Shown one piece after another: positions 38,701 to 52,143 of a DNA stretch of 64,000 bases; position 1 is the stretch's first letter, and each line of letters starts with the position of its first letter. The stretch is taken from the NCBI GenBank assembly GCA_964016885.1, contig OZ024743.1:282410001-282474000 (forward strand). Reading direction: 5' to 3'. The DNA is from Eledone cirrhosa. Taxonomy: Eukaryota. The position numbers and the translations under genes are program-made. Under the pieces are notes generated by a model. It searched no databases and was not told the DNA's origin. It worked only from the letters and a program-made list of their open reading frames with translations.

Positions 38701-40669
38701 CACAGGATGGGATTGGGGGGGGGGGGGGGGGGGGAATTATATTAATTGTACATCCTTCCTTCCTTATAAGTAATATTGACCTTGTACTAAAGAAGGAAAT
38801 CACTATATTTGTTTTAGACAGTAACAATGATCTAAATGTCACTTCTCTTCAATTTTTCTTTATCTATCTACCTGTACACGCACACACGCATGCACACACA
38901 CACACACACACACACACTATATATATATATATATAATATTGATATATTGTATAATATGTCATATTTACCAGGTGCTGCTATAATATATTTTAAGTATATT
39001 GTGTAATATATTGGGCATTTTGGAATGTTGCCAAACATTCTCTGCATTCTACCAGATGAATAAATAATACGGTCAATGGAAAGTCAAATCTTGCATTGTA
39101 TAGACAGTTATAATGAGTAATGATGGTCTAGGAACAATTCTGAGCAGTCTCTTATAGAGGATTTTCAAGCCAGAGATTATGGACCACTTCCAAAGTCTTT
39201 TGGCTTCCCAGTACTATAGAGAAAGCTCTACAGGCATGGATATGCCTGCAACCAAATATGTTTGAGATGTGTGCAGGTCGATGAAGCCATCTTGTATAAA
39301 TTCATTTAGTGTCTATATTTTGCCAAACTGTTAACTTGTATCGAATAGCTGGTATTATGTGTAGGATGGAGAGGTATGGGCTCTACCAGGCTTTAAAATG
39401 TCCAAGAAACACTGTATGCCACTACAACGCCCCTTGACTCCATCGAGGGTTACAGGACCATATCATACATGTGTATCCAGTTATCAGCCAAGTCTATCAT
39501 GAAAACCAACCTGCTGCCTTTCCTTTTGCCTTTTTCTTCTTGGTAGCTATGGCAAAAGAAGTTGTAAGATGGACAGGGTAATAAAGTTTTAGACGAGGTC
39601 CTTTCTTCTCTAGTGAAGCCCTCATAAATTTGAGTATCACTTTAAACGGTGTGAAGCTAGAGAGGGAGGAACTGTCCGCTAGTGTATTTACAAAAAGGGT
39701 GTGAAAGTGGAAAAATGAAAGGGCCTACTCTGACTATGAAAGGTAAATTTACAGTTCACACACATACAGATTTAACTATTCTCATATGGGATTGTATCTC
39801 AAAGGAAGTTTTATTACTACTACCACCACCACCAGCGGATGTGAGTTTGTCCTATTTAACTAACTTTCCTTTCCCTTCCAAAATTGCTGGCCTTGTGCCA
39901 AAACCAAAATTAAGAACTACTATTATTGATAGGGTAGTGAATTGGGAGAGTCTTTTAGTTACCTCTCTTTACGTTGTGAGTTCAAATGTTGCTGAGGACA
40001 ACTCTTATCCTTCTGGGGTTAATAAAACAACTACAGAGCTTGATTTATGTATCTTCTTCTCTTCTAAATGTATGACCTTGTTCCATTGTTTGAAATGTTA
40101 TTATTGAAATAGGGAATGACCAATGGGGCTGAAATACTAGAATGTCAGCCCTTGACTGAATTTTGGCTTCAGCTGTGGTTAAAAAAGAAAAAAAGGAAAT
40201 GGAATTTATAGCTTACACTTTTGTATGTTTAGCTGGCCACTTTCAAAGGTGCAACTCATATGAGATTTTTTGGGTGTTTTAACGATAGGATCCTGGCCCT
40301 ACTATGAAAGCAATGTGAAATGAAGTGTCGTGTTCAAGAACAACACACTGCTTGATTTAGGAATTGAACCCATGACCTTATTGTCATGTGTCCGTCACCT
40401 TAACCTCTTTTTATACAAATGAATGTTATTTTCCCCTTATAGTTCGTCATTTGTCTAATTGATAAGTTTATAACTGTTCAGCGAGATACTGTTGCTTTTT
40501 ACAACAGTCTTGCAGTATATAATGATAATCTACCACATGTGTTAATTAAATTAGAACTCAGCACTAAGTGTGTATGTAATGTCGAATGGAATTTCTTTGA
40601 AAACCAAAATTGGAAATGTTATAAATGATAAAGAAATCATTATCATTATTTCAAAATAAAAGAATAATT

Positions 40670-40762
40670 ACTACTACTGCTGCTACTACTACTACTGCTA
40701 CTACTACTGCTGCTACTACTACTACTACTACCATCACCGCCACTACTACTACTACTACTACT
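40670..40762. repeat. (CTA/CTG)n trinucleotide microsatellite
   Basis: Directly visible. Confidence 0.9.
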
Positions 40763-41000
40763 TTCTGAGTTCAAATCCCACTGAGCTCAACTTTTCATCC
40801 TTCACGAGGGCTTTGGGTATGTTGCAGTGTTGTTTTTGGTGTGATTGTTTCGATTGTGTTGAAAGTACTGTTGTAGTGTTTAGTAGTACTATTCTCAGTA
40901 TGTTGTATATATTTGTAGATTCTGGGGTTTACTACTACTACTACTACTAGTTTTCATTATCATTATTATTGTTATTATCAGTAGATCATTGTTATTATTA

Positions 41001-41190
41001 GGGCGGTGGATTGGCAGTATCGGTAGAGAGTCGGACGCCATGCTTTGTCGCATAGAGTTACAGCCCTGCCATTCTGAGTTGAAATCCCGCCGAGGTTAAC
41101 TTTGCCTTTCATCCTTACGGGGTCGATAAAATAAAGTACCAGTAATGCACTGGATAATTGCTGGCCTTATGCCAAAAGTAGAAACAATTA
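41001..41190 (+). mobile_element. SINE family A, full-length short form
   Basis: GGGCGGTGGATTGGCAGTATCGGTAG head through AGAAACAATTATT tail, in an (ATT)n-rich context. Confidence 0.9.
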
Positions 41191-41610
41191 TTATTGTTAT
41201 TATCAGTATTATTAATTATTATGTTGTTGAATAGAATGAATACTTAAATGAGAAATTTTCTGAAAATCTGAATTCCTTATTTTTTTAGAATGATGTAATG
41301 GTTTCTTTGACAAGCTTCTTATTTAAATCTTATTGGTCATTAATATTGATTTAACTTTTTTTCCCATGGTTACTACTCCAATTGGATGTAATAGCAGGCA
41401 TACATGCATGAATTGCATTATTTTTCTCTTTTGCTTGCTTTCATATATATATTTTACATCCATTTTATCATGCTAGCAGAATATTTTGAGGCAGTGTTTT
41501 ACAAATTGATGCATTTCTGATGCCAACCCTTTTAGTTGCCTCTTATGACATGCAGGGATACAGTGCACCTATTCTTTCTAACAAACCAGGATACACATGG
41601 CATGTGTGTA

Positions 41611-41660
<50 letters not shown>

Positions 41661-41989
41661 TGCACATGCCTACACAAACATAGTAAAGGCATATGGCCTA
41701 GTTAAGGTTGTTGGACCCACAATCATATGATCATAGGTTCAGTTTACAGACTAGTTGGCACATTTTATTCCTGAACAAGATGCTTCATTTTAGGTTGCTC
41801 CAGTCCACTCAAATAAAAAGTACAAGTAATGGCAGAAGGTTAACCCTTGCAAAAGGTTGTGGCTCCTATCATTAAAGCACCCAGAAACCTTCTGTGGAAT
41901 GCAATTTCAGGATGAATGTGAACTACACTCCTCCCCTTGGTAATGAGGAAAGGAGGAGTGTTGTTGCTAAAATTGAAGGAAATGTTATA

Positions 41990-42350
41990 TACTTCATGTG
42001 TGAAAAATGCCATGATTTATGGGAGTGAGACATAGGTGATGGAAGTGGCACAGCAGAGAAGGCTGGAAAAAATGGAAATGAGAATGGTCAAGTGGATGAG
42101 TGGAGTATTGTTGAGAGAGGAAGACAAACAATGAATTGCAGAGGATAATTAGGAATAGAATCAGTTACGAATCTTGTGAAGAGAAATGTAATGAATTGGT
42201 TAGGTTATGTATTGAGTGATGGAAATGAATGTGGAAGGAAGTAGGGTAAGGAGAAGACCAAGAAATCCATGGCTAAAAATGATGGAGGAGGAAATGAAAG
42301 CCAGGTGAGATGGAATGTAGACAATAGGGAAAAGTGGGGAAGATTGTCAT
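41990..42350 (+). mobile_element. Decayed RTE-group LINE 3' fragment
   Basis: AMIYGSET, EMRMVKWMSGV and RRRPRNPW motifs with frameshifts. Confidence 0.65.
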
Positions 42351-43609
42351 GGAGCCTGCAATGCTAACCCTGCTTTAGCAGGCAAGATGACATTAAAACA
42401 CTTGTTCTTGATGCATTTGCCTTTCATCCTTACGGGGTCGATAAAATAAAGTACCAGTCATGCACTGGGGTCAATTTAATCGACTTTCCCCTTCAAACTA
42501 TCATTATCATTATTTTACTCCTCTGTGCAGTACTGCACACTGGGCCATCTTTGGAAAAATTTTGCATCATATTAGTTTTTCTTTGAGAAGTTACTAGTCC
42601 ATCACTGAACTATTGTCCCTTTCTGGAGAAAGGGATGCCAAGAGTGGTCTGGTACAACCTTTCTTATAGTGCAAAAATAGCCAATTCTGAGAGAGAGAGG
42701 ATATAACATAAAAATATATAAGCCAGAAGCTCATATTGATAACTACATTGAACATCTCTTCTCATAGTATCTTTAGTGAAAGATTGTACTCAAAAGAGGG
42801 TCATTGAACATCTTATTTAATTCCATCAATATAACAGAGACCTAGGTATCCTCTATGTGTTCACTTGGTCTGCTAAAAATAGCAACTGAATCTCTCTCAA
42901 ATCACTCTCTTATCCTCTTCAAAAACAAGAACACATTGAATAATTTAGTGCGAGATACACTATATCTATACAGCTTGAATGTCTTTATTCATTGGTCTAC
43001 TCAGTCAAGGCTGACCTAGGGCTAAACAATAACAACAACAATGACAACACTTCCAAATATTCTCTATTCTAGTTATGTGTTGATTAAATTTCAAGGAGGA
43101 AGGAAGTCTATGTATTGATTCCTCTCTATTTTTCTTTTTGATATAGTACAATTTATTGATCATTCTAGTGTAATTAAATTTACACAAGACCATTCCAGTT
43201 CCATCTCTCCATTAAAGTGTACAATTTTTATCAAATTTATTTTCATGACATCAAAAAAATATATGGCAGTTGTCATCAAACATCCAAAATTATACTTGCC
43301 CCATTTCATAAACAAAGTTTTAAATTTTAATAATTTTAGTATATTGACCTATAAATTTTAATCTGATTTGAGCCTGAATGGCATTGATCTGGTATCTATT
43401 CCCAACAATCATGTCAACTGAGGGGCAATTTAATTTTTAATTTTTATTTTGTTACTGTTTAGTCAGGTAGGGAAACTTAGTGCCCTTGGACCTTTTCAAG
43501 GCTTCCGAGACTGATAGGAGAAAGGGAGGAGGATATCCTCTAATGGTTGGAGATCTGGTTGGAATAATTGCAACAGAGTGGACACTGCTAAAAGCACTCA
43601 AGGGCCAGG

Positions 43610-43875
43610 CATCATCATTACCATCAACAATTTTATGCTTGCATGGATTGGATGGGTCCTTTTCAGCACAGCATTTCGCCACTCTCCAAGTTCTTTTGTC
43701 ATCTCCTCTGTGAGTCTCAATGATTTGAGATCAGTTCCCACCGCCTCTGCCCAGGTCTTCCTTGGTCTACCTCTACTGTGGCTTCCCTCCACTGGGATCT
43801 CCTGGTACCTCTTCACCCAGTGACTATCATTCATATGCATCATATGTCTGTACCAACACAGATTTCTTTTTTGCC
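43610..43875 (-). mobile_element. RTE LINE 3' fragment related to the 52-54 kb element
   Basis: MMHMNDSHWVKRYQEIPVEGSHSRGRPRKTWAEAV...EWRNAV aligns by eye with VMRMKDDSCIKRCRALEVDGNRGVGRPKMTWDEVI...FWRHAV; ends in a (GAT)n-like tail. Confidence 0.8.
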
Positions 43876-44607
43876 TACCACTTCAGATTCTAGGCAGTGG
43901 TGTATTTTCACTTGTTGGTGGTAGATACCAGTTTTCTATTAGTATACATAAATGTATGGAGTTTTGGATATGATTTACTAATTAAGTTTGATTTGTTGAT
44001 CAATTTTTTAAATATATTAGTTAAGATATTTTCATGAAGTGCTTTTTCTGTTGAGGGACAGTTTATTGTACATTCATTGTTAGCCATAAAAAATATATTG
44101 GTACTTTACACAACACATCCCAGCCAAACCACATACCAATTGTAAACTGAAACCTAATGCCAGTGGAAAATTTAATGCTCAAAGGTGTTTAATGAGAAAT
44201 AGACACGGAAAATTATTTTCATCCTCCTTACCTAAAATAAAAAGTTAACAGCAACAACACATCTACACATCTTTTCATCTAGAATTGTTGAAAGTACAAT
44301 GGACCTTAGTCCATTAATATCCCAAAAGTTAATGTAAATTCTCATAAAAATGTTAATGATGTAATAATTGTGTTTATGTGTGCATACATATGGTTTTGTG
44401 TTTGTGTGTGTATGTGTGCATGTATATGATGTAAGCATGTGTATGTTTGTAGATATGAATAATCGTCTTTCAGCCATATCTCTGTATAATAAAGAAATAC
44501 ATGTTGCCTATGGGGTTTTCCGGTATTCACAGACATCATTTCCAGTTTCACAAGTGGTTGAAAAAAATCTTATGAATCTCCAAATAATGTATATGTTTAT
44601 ATTTATA

Positions 44608-44751
<144 letters not shown>

Positions 44752-44908
44752 GTAATAATATATAATGTTTGTGTGTGCATGTTTATTTCCCCCCTACTAT
44801 ATTAAGCATGAAACTAATATGTATCTTCATTGTACCCCATTGTCTGCTGTTTATATATCATCATTATCACCGTTTAACGTACATATTCCACGCTAGCATG
44901 GGTTAGAC

Positions 44909-45009
<101 letters not shown>

Positions 45010-45330
45010 GATACATTGCTGACTTGCATACATTACGCAACTTGGATGGTAGCTTCTGTATTCACAGAAACGCATCGAAGATATTTATCGATTAATATCT
45101 ATCGATCAGGTCCAGGTTCATCTTTAACCTGTTTGTATTTTCATTGTTGTAACATTAATGTCGCAACATGCCTCTGGTCACATTATTCATTGTGTCACTA
45201 TTACTTAACTTCTTGTGTTCACTCTGAGGAGAACTTTATTAATTACTCAATCATTGAGTGCTTTATGACAGTCTTCAAAGATCGAGACTAATCTGCTACT
45301 TGCAACTGCAACTTTGATTATACTCATTAT

Positions 45331-45373
<43 letters not shown>

Positions 45374-45537
45374 CATCATCATTATCATTTAACATCCATT
45401 TTCCATGCTTGCATGGGTTTGATGGGTTGTTTCATGCTGATGCCGGACCGGTCAAGTGACTAGGTCCTGTTCGTTTGTATGCTTCATTTGGCTTTGTTTC
45501 TATAGCTGGATGTCTTTCCTAACACTATGTGTATGTG

Positions 45538-45613
<76 letters not shown>

Positions 45614-45654
45614 CGAAACATAAGTCAATTGCATGAACTCATAATCCTTTATTT

Positions 45655-45710
45655 ACTGCTATATATATTTCGATGATAGCCATTGAATGGCTATGACCTC
45701 ATCAGGCAGT
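45655..45710 (-). ncRNA. Type I hammerhead ribozyme (minimal palindromic stem III)
   Basis: Minus strand reads ACUGC-CUGAUGA-GGUCAUAGCCAUUCAAUGGCUAUCAUC-GAAA-UAUAUA-UA-GCAGU: stem I ACUGC/GCAGU, intact CUGAUGA and GAAA cores, stem II closed by G-C with a 7-bp AUAGCCA/UGGCUAU helix, cleavage triplet AUA. Confidence 0.85.
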
Positions 45711-48700
45711 TAGTCAGTTCTTAGATATGCCAGCTCTGTGTTTATAGTGTTGATGGTATCAGAGCCATGGGACATATTATATATATATATATATATATAA
45801 CATTATTATAACACGATTATATATATATATAATCGATCTTTAGAAACGTTGAGCGAGTTATGAATTCTTTTGAAAATTAAGTTAACCGAGAGTTGATGGC
45901 TACTCCACACATTTTTGACTATGAAAAATAATCTAAGTTAGACAAGGTCAGCCATTGTAGCATGGAGAAATGGACATAAAATGATGATGATGAGTTGATG
46001 TAAAATTAAGAGATATAATACAAATATTTCCTATTTTGTTAATATTAATTTGTGACACTAATATTAATATATTTTTGGTGTATATTTTCTTTTGGCTTGA
46101 AGTTTTCTCTGAATACCATTCTTCCTTTTCCTTATTCCGATGATTCATCATAGGAAGGAAATGTCAAATGCAGTTTGTGTTTCTGTTAGGTGTCTGTGCT
46201 TTGGTACATGATAACAACAATAAGAATAATAACCTTTATTTATCTCAACAACACACTGTCTCATTGATCATCATTTTTAAAAATCTCTTTAATATTATCT
46301 CTTCTTGTGATCTGTGATTATAGAATGTTACTGGGATCATTTGCAGAAGCTTGAATATGCAAAAACAGATTAACATTATGTTGTGCTGTTAAAAAATCTC
46401 CCCCCCCCCCCCCCCTCTCTATCTCTCTCTCTCTCAAATCTTAGATCTTTAAAAAAATATTCCTAACATCCGTGTTCTGGATAACCAGCTTGTTTCTGTT
46501 TGTGTGTGTTCTCTCTTTGCATATTTTCATGAGTAGAATGGACTTTCAATACAGTGTTTTGATCCTGTGCTGTCCATTTACCTGTGAGGCCCAACAATCT
46601 CAAGCTGAGCAAACTTTGGGGTGACTCTACCACAGCTGGTGGACAATCTGAAGACGTAAAAGAACCTTCATTCATACCTCACTAAAGAGTCTAGATAGAC
46701 AAACGCTAAAGAAGTTTTTAGCGAAGGATATCTCTTGAACCTTCACATCCTCAGGAAAAATCTAAACTTCATCATATATAATCTAGTTGGTATAAAAAGG
46801 ATTAAAACCTTTCTCAAACCAACCCATCCCCAAACTATCTTTCTATGAAACAAAGCAACTCATTTTAAAGGATTTCCATTCAAATAAAAACCTTCCAACA
46901 TAATTTGATATAAAAACCCAATGATAAGTTATGTTGCAAAAAACATCTTCATAATGGAATAATTAACAACTTTAGTAAATCCCCCAAACTTTTTCATTAA
47001 TTAATTAGAAATACAGTCATCAAACATTTATATTACTGTTTCTACTTCTTTCATAATTTGATCATCCAGTTTGAGTTCTTTTAGTATATCTATATTTTTG
47101 CTGCAACTAACATTGGTAAGGTTATTCTAGTTGCTAAGAGCAATATAAGTTGGCAGTTAGAAAGTCAGACATATTGCTTTGCTGTATTCTGGTTTTCTAT
47201 AGTCTGAGTTAAAATCTTGCCTTGGTCAATATTACCTTTCATTCTTTCAGGGTTAATAATGTACCAGTCAAGCATAAAGATATATTCCACTCTCTTTTAT
47301 ATATATATATATATTTGTCATCCTAGTAATTTTAATATCAATATCTATTTTTGAATTTCATTAAGCTCACTGATAATTTTAATATCAATCTCTATTTCCA
47401 AATTTTATTAAGCTTTCTGATAGTTTAAATATCAACATCTGTGTCTGAATTTCATTGAGTTTTCCCCTCTCGCTTTGTTCTGATATACACTCTACCTCTT
47501 TCTCTTGTTTGATCTCTACAGCTGATCCTTCTTGATTAAATGGTGATACACTATGTCTGAAAAGAAAGACAGGATGGTCACACCTGGAGTGGAATATGTT
47601 TTATCATAAATCTGCTTAACCAGGATGGTCTGCCATTAAACAACACTAATCTAATGTGATAAGATTGGGGGCTCTATCATTAAAACACAAGAAACCTCAT
47701 ATGGGATGCAAACTCATTGGAGGCTGGCTAAACCTGTATATGTGTGTGCTGTAAATCTAATTTTCTTTTTTTAAACAGTATGAATAACAACTCATTGTGA
47801 TCTATCATCCTGAACCTTTTAAAGCAGTAATAATTTCAGAAAATTCCTTTTAAAGCTTTAAACTAAAAATGTTAATATGTAGAGAGTATCATAGAACATT
47901 TCCTAAATTGCTTAAAATTATACGTGATTGATAACATAAGGTGCTAGTAAAAATTACTTTAAAATGATGAGAAAATAATTTAATAAAAGCAAAAATAAAT
48001 AAATAAAAATAAATAAAGTTGCTTGTATGAAATTAGTATTAGAGTTTTAGCATCTGTGTTTATACAAACCATAGAGTTTTAAAAGTTTTTATTAATTCAC
48101 AAAATCTTGCTAAGTGAAATTGATGCTTGACGAACTACCATACAGCTGAACAAAAATCTATTCTTAATAATCTGTTTTGTAAATTGCACAGATCCTGGTT
48201 TACAACAATTTATTATTTTCTTTCTTTTGCTAACTGCCTGGTTATGTTTGTTGGCCGCAGCAAAAGGAGGAATTATTAAAATATCAACAAATAATAATAC
48301 TCTACTAGCCTTGCATTTTATGGGGTGGGGGTGAGATTATGATTTAGACTGACTTGTTCAGTTAAATTGACCTAAAAAGGTTGATCGCTGTTCATTTTCC
48401 CATTCATGAATGACGAGATGTCGTTTCTATCACCAATTTCTATTACGCTGCAATCTGTAAGATCAATATCAGACCATTGTTTATAAAGATTGCATTTTAT
48501 TTTTTCAATGGCATTTACTATATTATTATTTAAAAAGCTTTCAAAAACCAGGCCTTATTGATGAGCTCTTGTTCTGATCTGATAGGCATTCTCAATATTG
48601 TGATTGTTGGTTAGATTTGAGTGTGGTAGGGGAAAACTTCCAAGAAAATTTACATAAAGCCTGACAACTACAGCTACTAAGTAACATAATGATTTTTTTA

Positions 48701-49158
48701 ATTTCAGAGAAAATACTGTTTCTGTTTATTCTCTACTGTGAGAAATATTATGAATAAATAAATGAAGCTTTAGAAACCAAAATTATTTGAAGTTTTTGAT
48801 TTATATTCAAATTTCAGGCTAAAATTTCAATTGTACTTTTTTTTAATGTTCTCATCCATGACATGTCTATTTCTATCACCACTTCTCTGTGTGTGTGTTT
48901 ATACAATATAGCATCATATACTATTGTAATTTCAACACATGGCAGTATATAGCTTATGTAACTCATTACATAACATGTAAATGCATTACATAATATTATT
49001 TAAGTTATTTAACAAAATGCAATTATATAAACATTCTACAAAGCATATTCAATGTTTTATGTTATATATATATATATATTCAGATTATAATCTGTTTATC
49101 ACTCTTGGAACATTAAAAATATTTTCTCTGAATCAAATAACAAACTGATGCACACACT

Positions 49159-49221
<63 letters not shown>

Positions 49222-52143
49222 AACTTACAAATGAAGAGTGAATGCTTAAAGTATTTGTACAGTTTTCTTGGAATATACCTATAGAAAAATAAATATTCCA
49301 TTTCTCAATTTTTCTTTTTTCTCAAATTGCTGCTTTCTTCAACACTGTATGTATGTTTGCAATGTTTGAGTGTGAGCCTTGTTATGTATCATTTTAACTA
49401 ACTTCAGCTACAGTGAATTATAACATTATATAATATTTATGTAGTATTCATTTCATTATTTTTAATTAATATGAAAAATTTAAATTGTAATAATTTACTT
49501 ATGTAACATTGCCCGATGTTACCCACAGTGGCAAAGTATACTTCCAAAATTACCTGTCTAGTAAAGGTTTCATTCAATTGATGCTATATTCGACTGTACT
49601 CATCTATAGATAAAGATATACACATTTAGATGAATTCATAATTTGTATGTGTGTAATACATATATATATATGAACACATTTAAATTAATTCACATTTGTA
49701 TTTGTGTATTATAGACACACACATGCACAAACTTTTTATACAATATATCAATTCAAGATGTGTGATACACTTCCTAAGTATAGCATTTCTGGCTTGCAGT
49801 CTTCTTTGAGTCATACCCAAACATGATGAGCTGATAAACATGATGCATATAGATGATTCTAGGATTAGGAAGGCCGCCAACAATCAAATAATGTGCTCTG
49901 TAATTGAGACAAGCCTTTATCTAATATGATAAGTTATAAAAGAAAATCTGATAGCTTCAGATTTTATATGAGGAAAAAATACCTAAAGACAGTGATATTT
50001 AATTCAAGTAATTCTCCACACTTGAAGCTTCAGCTAGTTAATCAAGCACAATTATAACCTGGCTCATACAAAACAACAAGAATAGTAGAAGTTGTTAGTA
50101 ATGGGAAATGAACTTTTATGTCACCTCAGCCAATTTCATAATGGTTAGCCTTATTATTCATGTTAGAAAAGCTCACATTCGAAATTGAAATCATGTTTAA
50201 ACTGTACATAATTATATTTCATGTTCCCCATTAACTTTGCATATGTGAACATATGTGCATGTGCTCCTTAGTTATAGCTAACTGTGATCAATTGTAGTTG
50301 TATATGTGGTTTCTCGGTTTCCTTTTTTCCTTTCTATATTCGTATTCTGCATTTATTTTCATTTCTATAAATCTTGTTGCGAAATACACTGCATTTGATG
50401 GGGAAAATCCATTATAATAGAATTGAACAAGGAACATTATCTCCAATATGAAACTAAAAGAGACAGGAAAAAAGTCTTTCCGTCATAGGAATGAATTTAG
50501 ATAACTATGATACAAAATAGCTTTCATTCTCTATATTTATATTTCAAACCTGGTTTAAGCTTCGTCCATGAATTAAATTTGCTGTAAAGAGTGTATATTT
50601 ATTTTTAAGTTATTCATTTAACTTATCCATTGAAGTTCCTTAGAGTTGGATGTGAGCCATACATAATATGACCCTGTCTATTTTCCTATATTTGTGCATA
50701 AATTTCTTAATAATTTCATGGTTCTATTTCTGTTCACTTGCATGAAACAAGTGGTCCAAAGAGTCTTATTTCTTTGATAGACAGAAAATGAAAGGAATGT
50801 AGCTATTAAAATATATTTAGATGTTATGGTTTTTCTATTATTACTTGTTGAAAGTACTTTTACAAGAGAAATTATACTTTACTATAGAGTAAAATTATAA
50901 TAAGGAGTGTTGTGTACTGAATTGGGTGACATGAAGAATACAAAGAAGAAGAAACATTACTGATAAATATAAATTGAATAAATACAGAGTATAATATTCC
51001 ATTTGCTGTTGCCAAGGAACTGCTGTTTTTTCTAAAGAGGAAGATATGAAGAAAAAGAGAGGAGAAGTGATCAGTTGATTTAGTTTGAATGTTAGATGAG
51101 TTGTGTGTCTGCAGGCAGGTTTCTTATGGAGCTTCTCTACACATGGCTTATCAAGTGGAAACATTCAAGCAGCGCCAGTGTATAGCAAAGGAAGTGTATT
51201 TTTTTACTTTAAGAATGTTGGAAAGCTTTTTCAGAACAATTATCAGTTGTTGCTGAAGCAAATTAGTCTGTATTTGTATTTGTTATTTTGCTGTTATTGT
51301 GGCTCTCAGGAAGCACTTGAAATAATGAATGACCTGTTAATGTTTTGCTGATTGTACTAAATTTGAAGTACAGTAAATGGATTTCACAGTAGCTTTCGTA
51401 TTATTTCAAAACCTTATTGCCTTCTTGTGTGACAGAATTATCTTTTAGTGACTGCAATGTGCTATCACCTTTATTTTTTAAGTTTCCTATCTCATTATTA
51501 ATACATCCCTTTTCTTTCTGATTATAGAAGCCATATGATTAACAGGGCTAAAGCTATCTAGGATTTTCCCCTAATTGTTGAAGGAATCTATGTGCATTTA
51601 AACTGTCTGTTTCCAGCCAGAATTCTCTCACCTCTTTCTGTTCAAACCAGCTGTAGTTAGCCACTCATACTGATGTTAAGGTATTGTTTTCAAAATAAAT
51701 ATCTCATTGATCCAATGTTATGTGAGATAAAGCATTTACCACAAAAATACAATAGTATATAGAGAGTAATGTAAATGTTAAAGGGTTAATACATAAAGTG
51801 AATGTATGTTCTAAGCTGTCAGACACAGGCTTGTTAATAGATAACTGGGAAGGAGAGCAGTGCCTTTGACCCTTTTCAGCGCCTCCAAGACAGGTGAGAG
51901 GAAATGCCTAATCTAAATGCTTGCTACAGTGTGTACTGTGCTAAAGGCACCCAAAGACTGTGGCACAAATTTTGCATAGGGGCACATCTTTTCAAGGAGA
52001 AAGTCATAGGTTATGTGATTCTTCTGGGAATTTGTTCCTTTTAGTTCCAGTCAGAGAAAATGGAAAATATTGTATACCCCTAAGCACTTCATTTACACAT
52101 TGTAAAAATGTTACTGATTAGAAAAATAATTGATTTAGAGTAA

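Noticed and set aside
38960-39720. Moderately GC-rich stretch that may be a decayed LINE on the minus strand
   Set aside because: I could not recover a diagnostic motif, so it is not called.
45040-45085. GAAACGCATC resembling a hammerhead 3' half
   Set aside because: No CUGANGA upstream and no consistent stem I.
49815-49865. C/D box snoRNA (ATGATGA ... CTGA)
   Set aside because: Boxes are too close together, there is no terminal stem, and the pattern is explained by a short AAACATGATG duplication.
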